Positions 61,220 to 64,000 of a stretch of 64,000 nucleotides of DNA are shown in pieces (position 1 is the stretch's first letter; every line of letters begins with the position of its first letter). The DNA is taken from contig JBJKQR010000062.1 in the NCBI GenBank assembly GCA_046735395.1, positions 1 to 64,000 of the forward strand. The letters are read 5' to 3'. A model generated the notes under the pieces. It made no database searches and had not been told where the DNA came from. It saw only the letters and a list, made by a program, of their open reading frames with translations. The position numbers were made by a program, and so were the translations under genes. The DNA is from Fidelibacterota bacterium (GTDB lineage: Bacteria; Fidelibacterota; Fidelibacteria; Fidelibacterales; DSDE01).

Positions 61220-64000
61220 ATGATCCCAGGTAAACATGTATTCCGATTTTTTACGAGACTTGTAATGATTGCGGGCCTGACGATCAGCCTGTGCGGGCCG
61301 ACGGCTCAGGCAGCCACGGAATGGCAGCTGGAATCAGGCAATTTTTCCATGACAAAATGGGCTTATCTGCCCCGCATCAGTTCGGAAAAGACGCATTATA
61401 TCGTGACGCTGCGGGCTTCGCTTCGGGACGGCGGCCCCCAGGCACTTACTGTCTACGCTCTGCATGAAGACGGCACACGGATTGAAACCCTCTGGAACTA
61501 TTCCGCTCAGGAAGGGACCCGTACCGTGATCAGTGATTTCTGCATCAGCGATCTGGATGCAGACGGACGCCCCGAAATCAGCGCCATCTTCAATATTGAC
61601 GGCGACAAGCAGCCGACCTGGCTGAGACTATTCGAATGGAACGGAAAAACTTTCAGCACGAATCCGGTGAGCAGCAGCAACATCATCGTGGACAGCCGAA
61701 GTCAGGATCGTCCCGGGCAGATTTTTTTCGATACCTTTGAGAATGGAAAGAGCGCCCAGCTGGCCATCCTGTTCAGAGGCAGCCAGCGCCGGGCCTATAC
61801 GCTCTCCTACGAAGGCAGCCTGGAGGGCGCGGTCTGGAGGACGGACAAGGAATTCGTCTCGCCCAAATTCACCAGCGGCAACAGCATCCTTTTCTGTCAG
61901 CCCATCCGCCTGCCGCAGGGACGCTCGTCTCAGATCATGTTCTATGCAGAGGACAATGCCACCACGCTTTTCAGTCTCATGGCCCTTGATCGCAGCGGTA
62001 AATCCCAGGAACTCGCCTCTCTGCTGGCAGAAGGAAAAACCGGCGGTGTCCCGACAATGGTGTCCCGTACCTCAGAATTCGGCCCTGCACAGGATCGTCT
62101 TTTTTTCTCCACGGACCGAAAATCCCTGGCCATGATTGCCTACACTCAGAAAAGCGGCCTGCAGCTTGAGGCTCTGGATATTCAGAGCGATTTTGCCCCC
62201 GAATCCATTATTCAGTACATTCCCACTGCGCAGGACACTTTTTTGCTTCTGGGATATAATAACACTTTCGCGTATACCGTATATCGGCTTGCAGACAATA
62301 CATGGAACCTTTGGGAAAACGGACGCACCCAGAGCAGCGGCACTCGTCTCTACGGAACAGCCTTTTCCAATGAATCCGGCGATCATCTCCTCACCGCAAC
62401 CGCTTCCCGCAACCGCATTTTTCTGGAAGTGGGCGATCTGCGCCTGACGGAAACAGCTCCGGAAAAACCGGCAGAGAACACGGCCGATGCGGTGAAAATT
62501 GATTCGGATCTGGATACTCTGGCCGTACTTGACAAGAAGGAAGCGGATATCATTCCGACAGCTCCGCAAACCGAAGCTGAAGCCGCAGCGATTCCCGCAC
62601 CCGCCCCCACCCTGATGCAGGATCTGAAATATAAAGTATCCCAGTATGATTATGTTTTCACACCTGCTGACACCTTTCGTCAGAATGTCAACGTCGGCCA
62701 GATGGACCCGGGCAATATGCAGATCGATTGGAAAGCTCCGGAAGGCGCTACCTTCAATATCAAAACCGGTGATATCACCTGGGATATCCGAGAGGATCAG
62801 CTGAATCAGCAGATTTTCGACCTGAAGATCGGAAACAAGGGCGATACCTCCGCATACTACTGGAATATTTACATCAACGATGTGCCCAGACTTCTGAACA
62901 AGGAGAAGGAATTCACCATCAGTCTTCACCAGCCCTTTTCACTGCAGCTGCAGGTACAGGATCGTAATACAGATCCGGAGCAGCATTTCGTACTGAAGGA
63001 TCTCGCCGGCGCCACCATCAGCGACAGCGGGCTCATTGAATGGATTCCGGATGAAAACCAGCTTGATGTGAATATCTTCAGCGTTCTCATTTCGGACGGA
63101 TTCAGCGTAACCGAGGAAAAATTCATGGTTTACGTGAATGACCCCGTGCGCATTGTATCCCGTCCGTCGACGCTTGTTCTCAGGGTGAACCAGCCCTGGC
63201 AGTATCAGCTGCAGGTCGAAGACCGCAATGAACCCGAACTCTTTCAGATCAGCTTCACATCCGAAGCCGTGCTGACTCCCTTCATTGAAAAAATTAAAAA
63301 ATTTCTGGTCGCTGATAAAATATCGGTGGAGCAGGAAGGACGGAAACGCAGCTATATTGATGTGCGCAGCAATGTCAAATCCATACAGATTTATGACAAC
63401 AAGCTCTACCTGACACTCGCCCGGAATAATGCGGATATTAAATTCAGCGAATATCTCAGCGGAATACTGGACATTGACTACAAATACATTCCCCGCTATG
63501 CGGTGCGGCAACTCAAGCAGACCCAATTCGACATGAGTCAGACCGTGGCAGGAATGGAAATCAACAGCAGTGGGGCCGTAACCTGGAAGCCGACTGCGGA
63601 TGATCTCAATTATCAGAGCGTCACGCTTCGCGTTTCCGATGTACTCAGCGAAGATACACAGACTCTGAAACTCTATGTGAACAGCCCTCCCCGGATCACA
63701 TCGCCCAGTAAGGCGGTAGTGCTGAATCCGGGACAGCTGCTGAGTTACAAATGCCAGGTTGAGGATCTGAATGAAAACCCGAAAATCAGCTACCGTCTCA
63801 GCAAGGACTCCCCGCCTGCTGAACTGGATTACACCGGTCAGCTCGTGTGGCGCGTCAAACCGGGCCAGTACGATTACAGCCAGCTCCGGATTATTGTCAG
63901 TGACGGCTATGATGAGGACGAGGTTCTCCTGATGATGTATGTGAATGACCCGGTGAAGATTGTTCCCTTTCAGCCGCTTTCAGCCGAAGTTGAAAAGGTC
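61220..64000 (+). CDS. Large secreted protein with an FG-GAP-like motif and cadherin/Ig-like repeats; runs off the window
   Basis: Not in the ORF track because it has no stop in the window. ATG 61220 gives signal peptide MIPGKHVFRFFTRLVMIAGLTISLCGPTAQA; DLDADGRPEI; repeats YINDVPRL, YVNDPVRI, YVNSPPRI, YVNDPVKI. Confidence 0.75.
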   Translation, partial: MIPGKHVFRFFTRLVMIAGLTISLCGPTAQAATEWQLESGNFSMTKWAYLPRISSEKTHYIVTLRASLRDGGPQALTVYALHEDGTRIETLWNYSAQEGTRTVISDFCISDLDADGRPEISAIFNIDGDKQPTWLRLFEWNGKTFSTNPVSSSNIIVDSRSQDRPGQIFFDTFENGKSAQLAILFRGSQRRAYTLSYEGSLEGAVWRTDKEFVSPKFTSGNSILFCQPIRLPQGRSSQIMFYAEDNATTLFSLMALDRSGKSQELASLLAEGKTGGVPTMVSRTSEFGPAQDRLFFSTDRKSLAMIAYTQKSGLQLEALDIQSDFAPESIIQYIPTAQDTFLLLGYNNTFAYTVYRLADNTWNLWENGRTQSSGTRLYGTAFSNESGDHLLTATASRNRIFLEVGDLRLTETAPEKPAENTADAVKIDSDLDTLAVLDKKEADIIPTAPQTEAEAAAIPAPAPTLMQDLKYKVSQYDYVFTPADTFRQNVNVGQMDPGNMQIDWKAPEGATFNIKTGDITWDIREDQLNQQIFDLKIGNKGDTSAYYWNIYINDVPRLLNKEKEFTISLHQPFSLQLQVQDRNTDPEQHFVLKDLAGATISDSGLIEWIPDENQLDVNIFSVLISDGFSVTEEKFMVYVNDPVRIVSRPSTLVLRVNQPWQYQLQVEDRNEPELFQISFTSEAVLTPFIEKIKKFLVADKISVEQEGRKRSYIDVRSNVKSIQIYDNKLYLTLARNNADIKFSEYLSGILDIDYKYIPRYAVRQLKQTQFDMSQTVAGMEINSSGAVTWKPTADDLNYQSVTLRVSDVLSEDTQTLKLYVNSPPRITSPSKAVVLNPGQLLSYKCQVEDLNENPKISYRLSKDSPPAELDYTGQLVWRVKPGQYDYSQLRIIVSDGYDEDEVLLMMYVNDPVKIVPFQPLSAEVEKV

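Overview
Gene-dense chromosomal segment of a diderm bacterium using the standard genetic code. It is probably from the FCB superphylum, possibly Marinimicrobia/KSB1-like; this is inferred from a T9SS-type C-terminal domain, Lol/Tam/TonB systems and anaerobe-type KorAB and FeoAB. Most of the window is housekeeping: tamB-like gene, dnaK, clpC, lolD plus two lolC/E permeases, lysS, prfB, a PAS hybrid kinase, a C1 aminopeptidase, long-form nagB, feoAB, purN-purH-mreBCD-mrdA-rodA-smpB-tyrS, two glycosyltransferases, CIRCE-controlled groEL, split fumarase, korAB, exbB-exbD-exbD-tonB and an S41 protease. The notable part is a minus-strand cluster at about 18.3-30.4 kb: PilX-like minor pilin, then a 2628-aa protein with eight Cys-patterned LamG domains and a T9SS-type tail, then an FN3/TPR lipoprotein, then an exported thioredoxin-fold selenoprotein, then DUF5131. 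The ORF track splits the selenoprotein in two; it has an in-frame UGA in a U-G-K-C motif followed by a SECIS-like hairpin. I saw no rRNA, tRNA, CRISPR array or transposase. All calls come from reading motifs by eye; no database search was run.
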